A DNA stretch of 62,802 bases, the filler included, from Octopus bimaculoides (Eukaryota), in assembly GCF_001194135.2 (NCBI RefSeq). It is 4 parts of 4 records of this genome, joined end to end, with 100 filler letters (N's around TTAATTAATTAA, not from the genome) between each part and the next. Parts side by side here need not be neighbours in the genome. Positions count along the whole stretch, not along the records: positions 49,340 to 62,802 come from NC_068990.1; 3 more parts are not named here. One strand, 5' to 3'. The first letter of the stretch is position 1, and every line of letters starts with the position of its first letter. The position numbers and the translations under genes are program-made. The notes under the pieces are model-generated. The model had not been told where the DNA came from, did not search any database, and saw only the letters and a list, made by a program, of their open reading frames with translations. Shown piece after piece: positions 52,311 to 62,802 of this stretch.

Positions 52311-53084
52311 CAGATGAGAGATTAATTCATTGACTAGATTTGGTTCAGAGTAATAAGAAAGTCACAAATTTAGAGATGTAGAAGCTATTGAGGTAAAATA
52401 GATCAAAGATTGATACTGAAACCTGTAGGTAGAGCTGTGTCTACCTATGGCTTCAGCATGATGAGTGAAAGTTTAACTATTGATCAGGTGGTCATCATTA
52501 GAATCATCATTTAATGTCCATTTTCCATGACGGCATAGGCTGGATATATATATTTGATAATAATAATAACAATAATAATAATAATAATACAACTGTTTTC
52601 TCTAACTGGATATGCAAACGAACATCTCTAGAAAAGTCAACTTTAATTTCTACAATATTACCTTTATTTTCTCCCTGACTACCCGAAATATGTAAACATA
52701 CCTTTTATTGCAATAACAGAAATGCACATGGAAAAAAAAAAGAAAAAAAATGATAATAATAATAATAGATTCTCTCTGGTCAAGCACAACTTCTCTATTC
52801 ACAAATAGTACAGAACAGAGTAAGTCGGCCCTTCCTTAATTTTTCTTAAGGTCATTTTAACTCTTTTTAACTGGTTGGACCCCATCCCACTCCCCCCCCA
52901 AAAAATTACATGAGCCGCACTTACTACTACTGCTGCTGATACTACTACTACTACTGCTGCTGCATTTACTACTACTACTACTACCAATCGGATCCCATCC
53001 CACTCCAAAAAAAAAAAAAAAAATTACATGAGCTGCATTTACTACTTTCACAAACATATAGCCAAGTGCAAAATAAAACGTCAA

Positions 53085-53700
53085 AATTAGAAGCAATAGC
53101 TGCCAAACTAGGATTGAAAGTCAAAAATTATGCGCGTTAATGAAGAAAACAGTGAACGTATTAAACTAGAAACCAGTGAACTAGAGGATGTAGCTGAGTT
53201 NNNNNNNNNNCAAGTGTAATTTCAATAAAGAACAAAATAAGAATTTTTAACACTAACATAAAAGTGGTGTTATTGTATGGGGCTGAGACATGGCGAACAA
53301 CAGTTAAGTCAAATAAGCAAATGCAATCATTCATCAACAGGTGCTTGCGTAGTATACGTAAAATCAGATGGCCCGAATACATAAGCAATATGGAGCTATG
53401 GCAAAGAACGAATCAAGTTTCGATTAGGGAACAAATATTTAAGAAAAAGTGGAAGTAGATTGGTAGCACAATTAGAAAGGACACACCAAATGTAGCGAAA
53501 AGTGCTTTACAGTGGAATCCGGATGGATATAGAAAGAGGGGTAGGCCTAAGAACTCGTGGCGTAGATCAACACAATAAGAACTTGAGAAAGGGGGACATT
53601 CATGGCAGAGTATAAGTACAGAAGCGAAAAGTTATGCGACATGGAATTCAATTATAAGTGGCCTATACTCCGCGTTGGAGGGTTAAAGGCAAGAAAGAAG
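53085..53700 (+). mobile_element. RTE-clade LINE 3' fragment (second family)
   Basis: KIRIFNTNIKVVLLYGAETW..FINRCLRSI.KIRWP..ISNMELWQRT..RKRGRPKNSWRR; stops and a 10-N gap. Confidence 0.85.
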
Positions 53701-53702
53701 AA

Positions 53703-54045
53703 GCATTTACTACTACTACTGCCACTACTACTACTGCTACTTCTACTACTACTACTGCTGCTGCTGCTACTACTGCTGCTGCTACCACTGCTGCTGCTAC
53801 CACTACTACTACTATTACTACCACTGCTGCTGTTGCTGCTACTACTGCTGCTGCTACCACTGCTGCTGCTGCCACTACTGCTACTGTTACAACTACTACT
53901 GCTGCTGCTACTATTGTTACTACTACTGTTGCTGCTGCTACTGCCACTACTACTATTATTACCACTGCCACTACTGCTGTTGATAGTGATATTGCTGCTG
54001 CTACTACAATTACTGGTGCTGCTGCTGCTGCTGCTAATAATGTTA
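53703..54045. repeat. Compound (ACT/GCT/ACC/ATT)n trinucleotide array
   Basis: Direct reading; produces spurious poly-T/A, poly-L, poly-S and poly-V ORFs. Confidence 0.95.
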
Positions 54046-54189
54046 AATGCTGACCCTGTATGAAGATCAGTGGTTAAAAAAAACATAAAAATAAAATAAA
54101 TAAATAAATAAAAATTTTTAAAAAAATGAAAATTTAATAATTTAATTTTACTTAAAAAGAAAAGAAAATTTCAAACAGTACACTGAATC

Positions 54190-57100
54190 ACTTGTCCAAT
54201 GGTTATTCTGGAAGCGTGCCTGACAGGAGGCTGTCAGCCTGAAGGTGAAAAATTTTCAAATGACAGAATGTCTTCCCTGAATACAAACCTGGAAGGTCAC
54301 TTAAATGGGATTTGTCCCAAATTAAACCTCCAAAGTTCACCACCACAATGATCACAAAATCAAAAATGTAAAAGAACTGAATGGAACCGGGAAGAATATA
54401 AAGAAGTAATATACGCTTATTACTTTGCATTAAGTAGGCCAACCCAAGAGAAACACACCGCAGACTCCTACAGAATTTGGAGGAGCCGGAATCCAGCTAG
54501 CAGACGAAACCTGAATGAAAACAGAAGAGATATCTTCAGAAATACCAGACTCACAGATGCAGAATTAACCTCTATTAAAAAAGTGGTAGAGAATGACCTA
54601 AATATAAGTCAGAAAAGAAATAACAAAGCAGACGAGAGGGATGTTGGACCACAAGCATTGACTGAAAGGCGACCATCTGCCAAAACCACTCAAGAGCCTG
54701 AAGAAAAAGGAAAATATAATGACCCTAGAAAAAACAACCAGGAAAATGATGTCGAAACAGAATTTAAAGACCACATATTTGCTGAACAACACAGAAAATC
54801 TATCATTGAAATGAAGAAGGAAGTTCTGAATGAGCTTGCAGTTGTAGGGCATTCAAATATGAATGAAAGGGAACCACTCCATAAACTCCCAAATGCACAC
54901 CAACATAAAACACAAATAAAAATTGGCAACTGCGTTACACAAGAGATCATACAACAACTAAAACCCGATCTTAATAAATTAAATGAAATTATTTACTCTG
55001 TTGCTAAGGTAATCAAAGACGCTGTTTAACACCCAAAAAGTCAACAATACCAAATTCGAAAAGAAAATCAAACTGGAGGAGTAGAATTGAAACTGAGATT
55101 GAATCATTGCGAAGGGTGGTATCAATTTTAACTGAGCTAATCTCTGGAAATGGTGTAAGAAAAGGCAGGAAGATTGTGAGAAAATATGGACTCTCAACAA
55201 GAGAAGAACTAATGTCAGCGAATGAAACACTTTAACAAAAAGTTCAAGCAAAAGCTCAGAGAATGCGCAGATTTGAGAAAAGAATCAAATTCTACAAGCA
55301 AAATAAGATGTTCAAATCCAATGCCAAATCATTTTACAGGGAAAGAAAAAAATAACCATTGAAAATCCACCCCTAATGGAAGAAGCTGAAAACTTTTGGA
55401 AAGGGATCTGGAGTGATGAGAAACCATACAATGAAAATGCAGACTGGATCAAACGCACCCAAGATGCCTACAAAAATCTATAAGAACAGGTATGAGAAGA
55501 CATCTCAATTGCCAACCTAAGGAGGGCACTAATGAAGGCTCAAAAATGGAAATCCCCTGGTATTGATAGAGTACCAAATTTCTGGCTCTCATCATTCTTG
55601 TCCGCACACAAAATGTTAGTAATACTATTTAATAGTATTATGGAAGACCCGCAAAAAACTCCCTGTTGGATGGCAAATGGTATTACTTACCTCCTCCCCC
55701 AAAATAACAAAACCAAAGACCCCAAAAACTACTGGCCGATAATATGTTTGCCTACTACCTATAAGATTTTGACATCTATTCTAGTGGAGAAAACATATAT
55801 TTATGGAAGAGAATAACCTCTTTCCCACTGAACAAAAAGGATGCAGATGAGGCTCATATGGATGCAAAGATCAGCTCCTAATTAATCGCATGATCCTTGA
55901 GAACTGCCATAACAAGTGCAGAAATCTCAGCTCTTCATGGATTGATTATAAAAAAGCCTTTGACAGTATACCACATTCGTGGATCCTGAAATCGCTGGAC
56001 ATTAAATTTCTTCTGTGATTTCAGATTTTTTAAAGTATAATATGTTACTATGGAACACGAAGCTCCAATTATTTCATTCTAACGGAGTATTGCACTCAAA
56101 CAATATTAGCATAAACTGTGGCATTTTCCAAGGTGACTCACTTTCACCACTAATTTTCTGCATAGCACTAATACCACTCTCAAGTGAACTGAATAGAACA
56201 CGGAATGGCTGCAAAATAAGCCATCTATTTTATATGGATGATTTAAAACTATATGGCAAAGATGATGAAGAGCATGAAGGACTATTACATACTGTGAAAG
56301 GATTCAGTGATGATATCGGGATGGAGTTTGGCCTTCAAAAGTGTGCCAAAGCCACTTTTAAGAAAGGGAAACTGGTAAAGTCATGTTCAATCGAATTAGA
56401 TGTCGAAACAGTAATAAAGGAACTTGAGCAGGAACAAACCTATAAATACCTAGGAATAAATGAAGGCTCTGGTATCCAGTATGCAAACATGAAAGAGAAA
56501 GTTAGGAAGGAATGTTATAGAAGAGTTTGAGCAGTTGAGCTGAATGCATATAATAAGGTGTTAGCCATAAATTCCTCAGCACTCCCAGTTGTTCTTTATA
56601 GCTTCAATGTGCTTAACTGGAATACCAGTGAAATAAAGAAAATTGATAGAAAAATCCGCAAGCTACCGACTTGTAATAAGATGCACCATCCAAAGGCAGA
56701 CATGGATCGTCTTTACCTTCCCAGAGCTCAGGGAGGTCGAGGCTTGATCCAGCTTGAACTTAGGTATAAAACCACCACAATCGGACTGGCCAAATACCTT
56801 GAAACAGCCAACGATTGGATGCTGAAGCTTATTGAAAAACTTGAAAGACCGAAAAAACTTCACTCTATTCTGAAAGAGAGCAAAAAATTCGCTACTGATC
56901 TCTTAGATACTTACCAGATTGATCAGGTTGAAGGAAAATCGCCAACTGCTGCTGCAAAGAAAATAAAATTAATGGCAAAGACAAAAGCACATGAAAAATT
57001 AGCTAGCAGATGGGAACAGAAACCTCTGCATGGCAAGTATGTGACCCGCAGCAAACAAGCTGATGTGGCCTGTAGCAAACAAGCTGGTGTTGACTAGAAA

Positions 57101-57904
57101 CACACGCATCAATGGTTACGAAGCTCAGGGCTAAAAGCAGAAAGTGAAGGTTTCATATTAGCTGCTCAAAACCAAAGCTTATTAACCCGGAACTACCAAG
57201 CCAATGTGATAAAAAAATGGAGCTGACCCAAAATGCCGATTCTGTAACAATGAGATTGAACCTATAGACCACCTAATCTCAGGGTGTAGAGTCTTAGCAC
57301 CTGTAGAATATAAAGCAAGACATGATAAAGTCAGTCAGTATTTACACTGGACAATAAGTCGGCATTATAAAATCAAAACCGCTGACAAATGGTATAAACG
57401 CCATCCTGAAGCTGTGACTGAGGGCGAAAATGTGTTGATTCTCTGGGACTTCCCCGTACATAGCGACAAAACTATAAAAGCTAATAAACCAGATATTATC
57501 ATAAAAGATCAGACAAAGATGTGTTTATTAATTGACATGAATATTCCTTGCGATCATAATATAGCGGCAAAAGAATTTGACAAGATCAGTAAATATGAAG
57601 ACTTCCTAATAGAAATTGAAAAAAATGTGGCATCTCAAGACGACTACCGTACCGGTGATTGTAGGATCTCTAGGAATGATAAAAAAAGGTACTGAAACCT
57701 ATTTGAAAATGATACCAGATTTACCATCCCTACAGGAAGTGCAAAAAACGTGTTAACTGGAACGACTCATGTACTGAGAAGAACATTATCACTGTGAAAA
57801 CAACATCCATTCATGAATTTATTTATTTATTAATTTTTTTAAATACATATTTTACCTGTGAATTTGCGTGTGTAAACTGGGAATGCATACAATGAGCTTC
57901 TCTG
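54190..57904 (+). mobile_element. Near full-length, disabled R4/Dong-clade non-LTR retrotransposon (RT + CCHC + restriction-like endonuclease)
   Basis: Broken ORF from ~54268 to TGA 57797: Myb-like RTEWNREEYKEVIYAYY; RT motifs KSPGIDRVPNFW, IDYKKAFDSIPH, GIFQGDSLSPL, YMDD (56231-56242); CRFC..E.IDHLISGC knuckle, RHDKV, and RLE KPDIIIKD..LIDMNIP. Many stops and frameshifts. Confidence 0.92.
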
Positions 57905-58795
57905 NNNNNNNNNNNNNNNNNNNNNNNNNNNNNNNNNNNNNNNNNNNNNNNNNNNNNNNNNNNNNNNNNNNNNNNNNNNNNNNNNNNNNNNNNNNNNNNN
58001 NNNNNNNNNNNNNNNNNNNNNNNNNNNNNNNNNNNNNNNNNNNNNNNNNNNNNNNNNNNNNNNNNNNNNNNNNNNNNNNNNNNNNNNNNNNNNNNNNNNN
58101 NNNNNNNNNNNNNNNNNNNNNNNNNNNNNNNNNNNNNNNNNNNNNNNNNNNNNNNNNNNNNNNNNNNNNNNNNNNNNNNNNNNNNNNNNNNNNNNNNNNN
58201 NNNNNNNNNNNNNNNNNNNNNNNNNNNNNNNNNNNNNNNNNNNNNNNNNNNNNNNNNNNNNNNNNNNNNNNNNNNNNNNNNNNNNNNNNNNNNNNNNNNN
58301 NNNNNNNNNNNNNNNNNNNNNNNNNNNNNNNNNNNNNNNNNNNNNNNNNNNNNNNNNNNNNNNNNNNNNNNNNNNNNNNNNNNNNNNNNNNNNNNNNNNN
58401 NNNNNNNNNNNNNNNNNNNNNNNNNNNNNNNNNNNNNNNNNNNNNNNNNNNNNNNNNNNNNNNNNNNNNNNNNNNNNNNNNNNNNNNNNNNNNNNNNNNN
58501 NNNNNNNNNNNNNNNNNNNNNNNNNNNNNNNNNNNNNNNNNNNNNNNNNNNNNNNNNNNNNNNNNNNNNNNNNNNNNNNNNNNNNNNNNNNNNNNNNNNN
58601 NNNNNNNNNNNNNNNNNNNNNNNNNNNNNNNNNNNNNNNNNNNNNNNNNNNNNNNNNNNNNNNNNNNNNNNNNNNNNNNNNNNNNNNNNNNNNNNNNNNN
58701 NNNNNNNNNNNNNNNNNNNNNNNNNNNNNNNNNNNNNNNNNNNNNNNNNNNNNNNNNNNNNNNNNNNNNNNNNNNNNNNNNNNNNNNNNNNNNNN

Positions 58796-60171
58796 GATGG
58801 CCCTGCTCGATCTGTAGAAAAGGCGTAGGTAGAAACTCTATAAGATGCACCCAGTGCAAGCTATGGACACATAAGAGGTGCAGCAACATCAAAGGAAGGT
58901 TAACTAGGAAGTTAGTTTTTGTATGTAGCAGATGTTCAGGAGCTATAAACACTGTAAATGTGCAGAAAACAACTTCTTCCACATTCCAGGGAGAAAAACT
59001 AGAAGTGGTTGATAGCTTCCGATATCTAGGTGACCAAGTTAGTAGTGGGGAGGGTGCGCTGAAAGTGTAGCTGCTAGAATAAGAATAACATGGGCAAAGT
59101 TCAGAGAGCTCTTACCTCTGCTGGTGACAAAGGGTCTCTCTCTTAGAGTAAAAGGCAAACTGTATGATGCATGTGTACGAACATCCATGCTTCATGGCAG
59201 TGAAACATGGGCCGTGACTGCTGAAGACATGCGTAGGCTTGCAAGGAATGAAGCCAGTATGCTCTGATGGATGTGTAATGTCAGTGTGCATACACGACAG
59301 AGTGTAAGTACCTTGAGAGAAAAGTTGAACGTAAGAAGCATCAGTTGTGGTGTGCAAGAGAGACGATTGCATTGGTATAGTCATGTGGCAAGAATCGACG
59401 AGGATAGCTGTGTGAAAAAGTGCCACACTCTAGCAGTGGAGGGAACCTGTGGAAGAGGTAGGCCCAGGAAGACCTGGGATGAGTTGGTGAGGCAAGACCT
59501 TTGAACATTGGGCCTCACCGAGGCGATAACTTCTGACCGAAACCTTTGGAAATATGCTGTGCGTGAGAANNNNNNNNNNNNNNNNNNNNNNNNNNNNNNN
59601 NNNNNNNNNNNNNNNNNNNNNNNNNNNNNNNNNNNNNNNNNNNNNNNNNNNNNNNNNNNNNNNNNNNNNNNNNNNNNNNNNNNNNNNNNNNNNNNNNNNN
59701 NNNNNNNNNNNNNNNNNNNNNNNNNNNNNNNNNNNNNNNNNNNNNNNNNNNNNNNNNNNNNNNNNNNNNNNNNNNNNNNNNNNNNNNNNNNNNNNNNNNN
59801 NNNNNNNNNNNNNNNNNNNNNNNNNNNNNNNNNNNNNNNNNNNNNNNNNNNNNNNNNNNNNNNNNNNNNNNNNNNNNNNNNNNNNNNNNNNNNNNNNNNN
59901 NNNNNNNNNNNNNNNNNNNNNNNNNNNNNNNNNNNNNNNNNNNNNNNNNNNNNNNNNNNNNNNNNNNNNNNNNNNNNNNNNNNNNNNNNNNNNNNNNNNN
60001 NNNNNNNNNNNNNNNNNNNNNNNNNNNNNNNNNNNNNNNNNNNNNNNNNNNNNNNNNNNNNNNNNNNNNNNNNNNNNNNNNNNNGCCATCGGGTTTCACC
60101 AGTCCTCAGTCAAATCATCCAACCCATGCTAGCATGGAAAGCGGACGTTAAACGATGATGATGATGATGAT
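58796..60171 (+). mobile_element. RTE-clade LINE, 3' part of ORF with PHD finger, plus 3' tail
   Basis: CSIC..CTQC..WTHKRC..CSRC (C4HC3), FRYLGDQV, GSETW, RRLHWY.HVAR, GRGRPRKTW; after a gap, tail ...GCGGACGTTAAAC(GAT)n. Flanked and interrupted by N gaps; contains stops. Confidence 0.88.
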
Positions 60172-60195
60172 AAATAATAATAATAATAATAATAA

Positions 60196-60727
60196 ATGCC
60201 CTGATGCAGTGGCTCTCATGGCTTCTGATCTTAATTGATTGGAAGTGTTATCATGTACATTGTTTTGACTTGGTATAAAAAATGGGCTACAGCAAATATT
60301 CTGCTTAATACCACAGATTTGCTTGTCAGTTGTTTGACCTTAACCAGTTGAGCATTTCCCTTGGTGGCTGACGATATGTGCATCTCTGATCATGAGCAGA
60401 AGTAGTGGGGGAGCATCATAGCCATGTGTTGAGAGGACTTTGGGGTTTGAATAATTCACCTATGGAAACATAGGTGTTTTGCTCAACATCCTTAAACAAA
60501 CCTTATTCAGGGACCTTTTGAGTGTGATGGGCTACTTGACCTGAAGAAAATCCTGTCTGGGCCCCACCTGTGAGGTCATGCGCTGTTTATCTTGATATGA
60601 GATCACCATGCTGCGCACATATGGTTGTGATGCATGTGCCTGGCGTACTCTTATCAGACGGGTAGTCATGGGCTTCGTATATTTTACCCCACTGTCACTT
60701 TGATGGCATGCATTGCTCTCTCACTCA
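60196..60727. mobile_element. ~530-bp non-coding interspersed repeat embedded in (AAT)n
   Basis: (AAT)n tracts on both sides; second partial copy in opposite orientation at ~1121-1257. Confidence 0.7.
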
Positions 60728-61804
60728 ATAATAATAACAATAATAATAATAATAATAATAATAATAAAGCTTGAACATACAAAAGTGATATGGTGAAATA
60801 GATAGCAGTAGTTCTGGAAGGAGAATAGATCATAAAGTAAGGGAATGATGTGTCAGATGTAGGAGTAACAGAGGGAGATGTGTGGGTAGATAAGGATGTG
60901 TCTAGTGAGAGGGTATGATTGTGGATATGAAAGAGTATTGAGAATGATAGCAAGTATGTGAAGGGATAAGATGGAGTATAGAAGAAGGGAGAGCTATCTG
61001 GAGGCACAGAAAGGAGGTGCTTGGTGAGAATACTGTTGAAAAAGAAGGGAAGATAAAAAGGAATGGAAGGTTCTAGGGGAGGAGGAATACTGTAATATTT
61101 GATATTCTTACATTCTATTTAACTCTGCTTTACTTTTAATCTATATAATCACCAAACTTATATACCTAATTGATTCTTCAATATTACTTCTTCTTTTAAT
61201 AACTAAGATATGACTTAGAAATTATTGACATCCCTCCAAACACTTCATGAAGTAATAACAAGAAATTCTGTAAAATCCACATTTCTTGTTTCATTGTTGC
61301 TGTTGTTTCTTTCTCTTTTCGACTTGACAATTCTTTCCCACTTCAAGTATTGTACATAATACATCTAGTTGTTTGACTAAACACTAATGAATCTTTTCTT
61401 TATCTTTACTCTTATACATATTATTAACACTAACTTGTTTCTTTCTTAACATGGTTTGTCATCAACAATTACTTCCTTATTTATTTTCTTCACCTACTTA
61501 ACAAGAATTTATAACTAAAATCTTTATCCATTTTAATCGTTCAGCGTAACAGTTTCAGAAAAAGCAGGTGAAACAATTTAACATTTCTGCTTGTTTTACT
61601 CAAATTTCTTCAGTGGCTATGGCTATAGATACCAAGGGAGATAAATCTGCTAAGTTCCCTTGAACTACAGTTCTGAATCGAGACTCAATGATTTCCGTTA
61701 TGAAAGAAAATGGAAAAATTTTAATCATGTTAATAGCATTTATTAAAAAACATAGTAAATGAAAAATCTCTTTAAAATATAATGTTTTATATTATATAAT
61801 ATTT

Positions 61805-61867
61805 TGAGTCATTGACTCCGTAATAACTTCCGCCTATGAGTTGTGCAGACCGTCTGGGAAAGATGGC
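61805..61867 (+). promoter_or_regulatory. Putative ATP5PD proximal promoter/5'UTR motifs
   Basis: TGAGTCA (AP-1 consensus, 61805-61811), ACTTCCG (ETS-type core, 61826-61832) and AAGATGGC (YY1-type core overlapping the ATG, 61860-61867). Motif match only. Confidence 0.4.
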
Positions 61868-61984
61868 TTCTCGTCGTGTTGCTAAGACTTTAGTGGATTG
61901 GGCTGCTTTTGCTGAGAGGGTGCCACCAGCTGAGAGAGATATATTCAGGGCATTTAAAGCAAAATCTACTAATTTTCTTGCCAA
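61863..61984 (+). CDS. ATP5PD: ATP synthase subunit d (mitochondrial Fo), first coding exon; gene continues beyond window
   Basis: ATG at 61863 reads MASRRVAKTLVDWAAFAERVPPAERDIFRAFKAKSTNFLA(K), matching the metazoan subunit d N-terminus (cf. MAGRKLALKTIDWVAFAE / MAARRIAQSSINWSALAERVP). Ends at a canonical phase-2 donor AA|GTAAGT (61985). Absent from the + ORF track because it is spliced. Confidence 0.93.
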
Positions 61985-62802
61985 GTAAGTATTATTAGCT
62001 ACAAGTTAACTTCTCCTTTAATAATTGGTTTTTATGTCCTGATATAGCTGTTACCTTCACTGTCACTCTTCAATATATTTTATATTAACAATCTTTGTTC
62101 ATTTTATTCACCCTATTTATCGCTAAACTATTATTATTATTATTTATTTATTATATATCCACTGACGTATACTGGTGTTAGGCATGCCCTACGCTAAGGT
62201 GACCTCTTCGTTTACTTAAACACCGTGACCTCGATACTTTCCAGCCAAGGACACTACAACTGATCAGGAAAATGACAGAGCTGAGTTTCGATGTACAGAC
62301 GTCAGGGTTTATGGGCTCATCTCCCTTTCACTGTGCCCGCATCTCACATATTTCATTGTCTTCTGTGACCTTTAAATCAGCTCTTACATTGTGAAAGTGC
62401 ACATACTACAGAAATAACAGTAACCTCATGCTGTCAATATCTAAGAGAGATGGGTCGAATTGTTTAACTGTTCTCTATAAACTTACCATCATTATTTCCG
62501 TACTGCGTAGCCTGGAACCTTAATGAAAATGACATCGAAGAAAAAAGTGTCTAAAATTGTTTTAAATGTTTTTATTGAACCAAATACCCATAATTTTCTT
62601 AAGTCATTGTGAGGGGTTTCTGTGGTTAGTCCCAGATCAACTCTGATCGAGCAGACGAGATCAGTCAAAACATTACAGCTGTAACCATCTCTTCTCAGAC
62701 ACTGGACTTCACTTCTCAATGTGCCCTTGATTCTCTTCCTCCCTCCCCCCCCCCACTTACTGCAATAGGTCTGAGGAACGTTGGCATAACTACAGATTCC
62801 TA

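Noticed and set aside
53602-54086. Poly-L/poly-S/poly-T/A ORFs resembling mucin or antifreeze proteins (also 15.7, 19.9 kb)
   Set aside because: Open in several frames on both strands; pure trinucleotide repeat with no splice or homology support.
62160-62460. Intronic snoRNA candidate in ATP5PD
   Set aside because: No convincing C/D or H/ACA box arrangement.

Overview
AT-rich, microsatellite- and gap-rich animal DNA, most consistent with an octopus genome (inferred from the SINE/LINE repertoire; no database check). The only confidently identified host gene is the first coding exon of mitochondrial ATP synthase subunit d (ATP5PD/ATP5H, 61863-61984, +). The rest is mostly transposon debris. 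This includes a near full-length but disabled R4/Dong-type RLE non-LTR element (~54.2-57.9 kb), RTE LINE fragments (one with a PHD finger), a Gypsy-type integrase plus LTR, a Helitron helicase fragment, three mariner fragments, Tc2/pogo- and hAT-type MITEs, Penelope-like termini with degenerate hammerhead-like cores, and dozens of tRNA-derived SINEs of at least three families. Most track ORFs are microsatellite or N-gap artefacts. Three 100-bp N44-TTAATTAATTAA-N44 spacers are artificial joins. No rRNA, true tRNA gene or CRISPR array is supported, and I found no convincing novel multi-gene system; the best leads are unusual mobile-element architectures. Repeat boundaries are approximate unless TSD/TIR coordinates are given.
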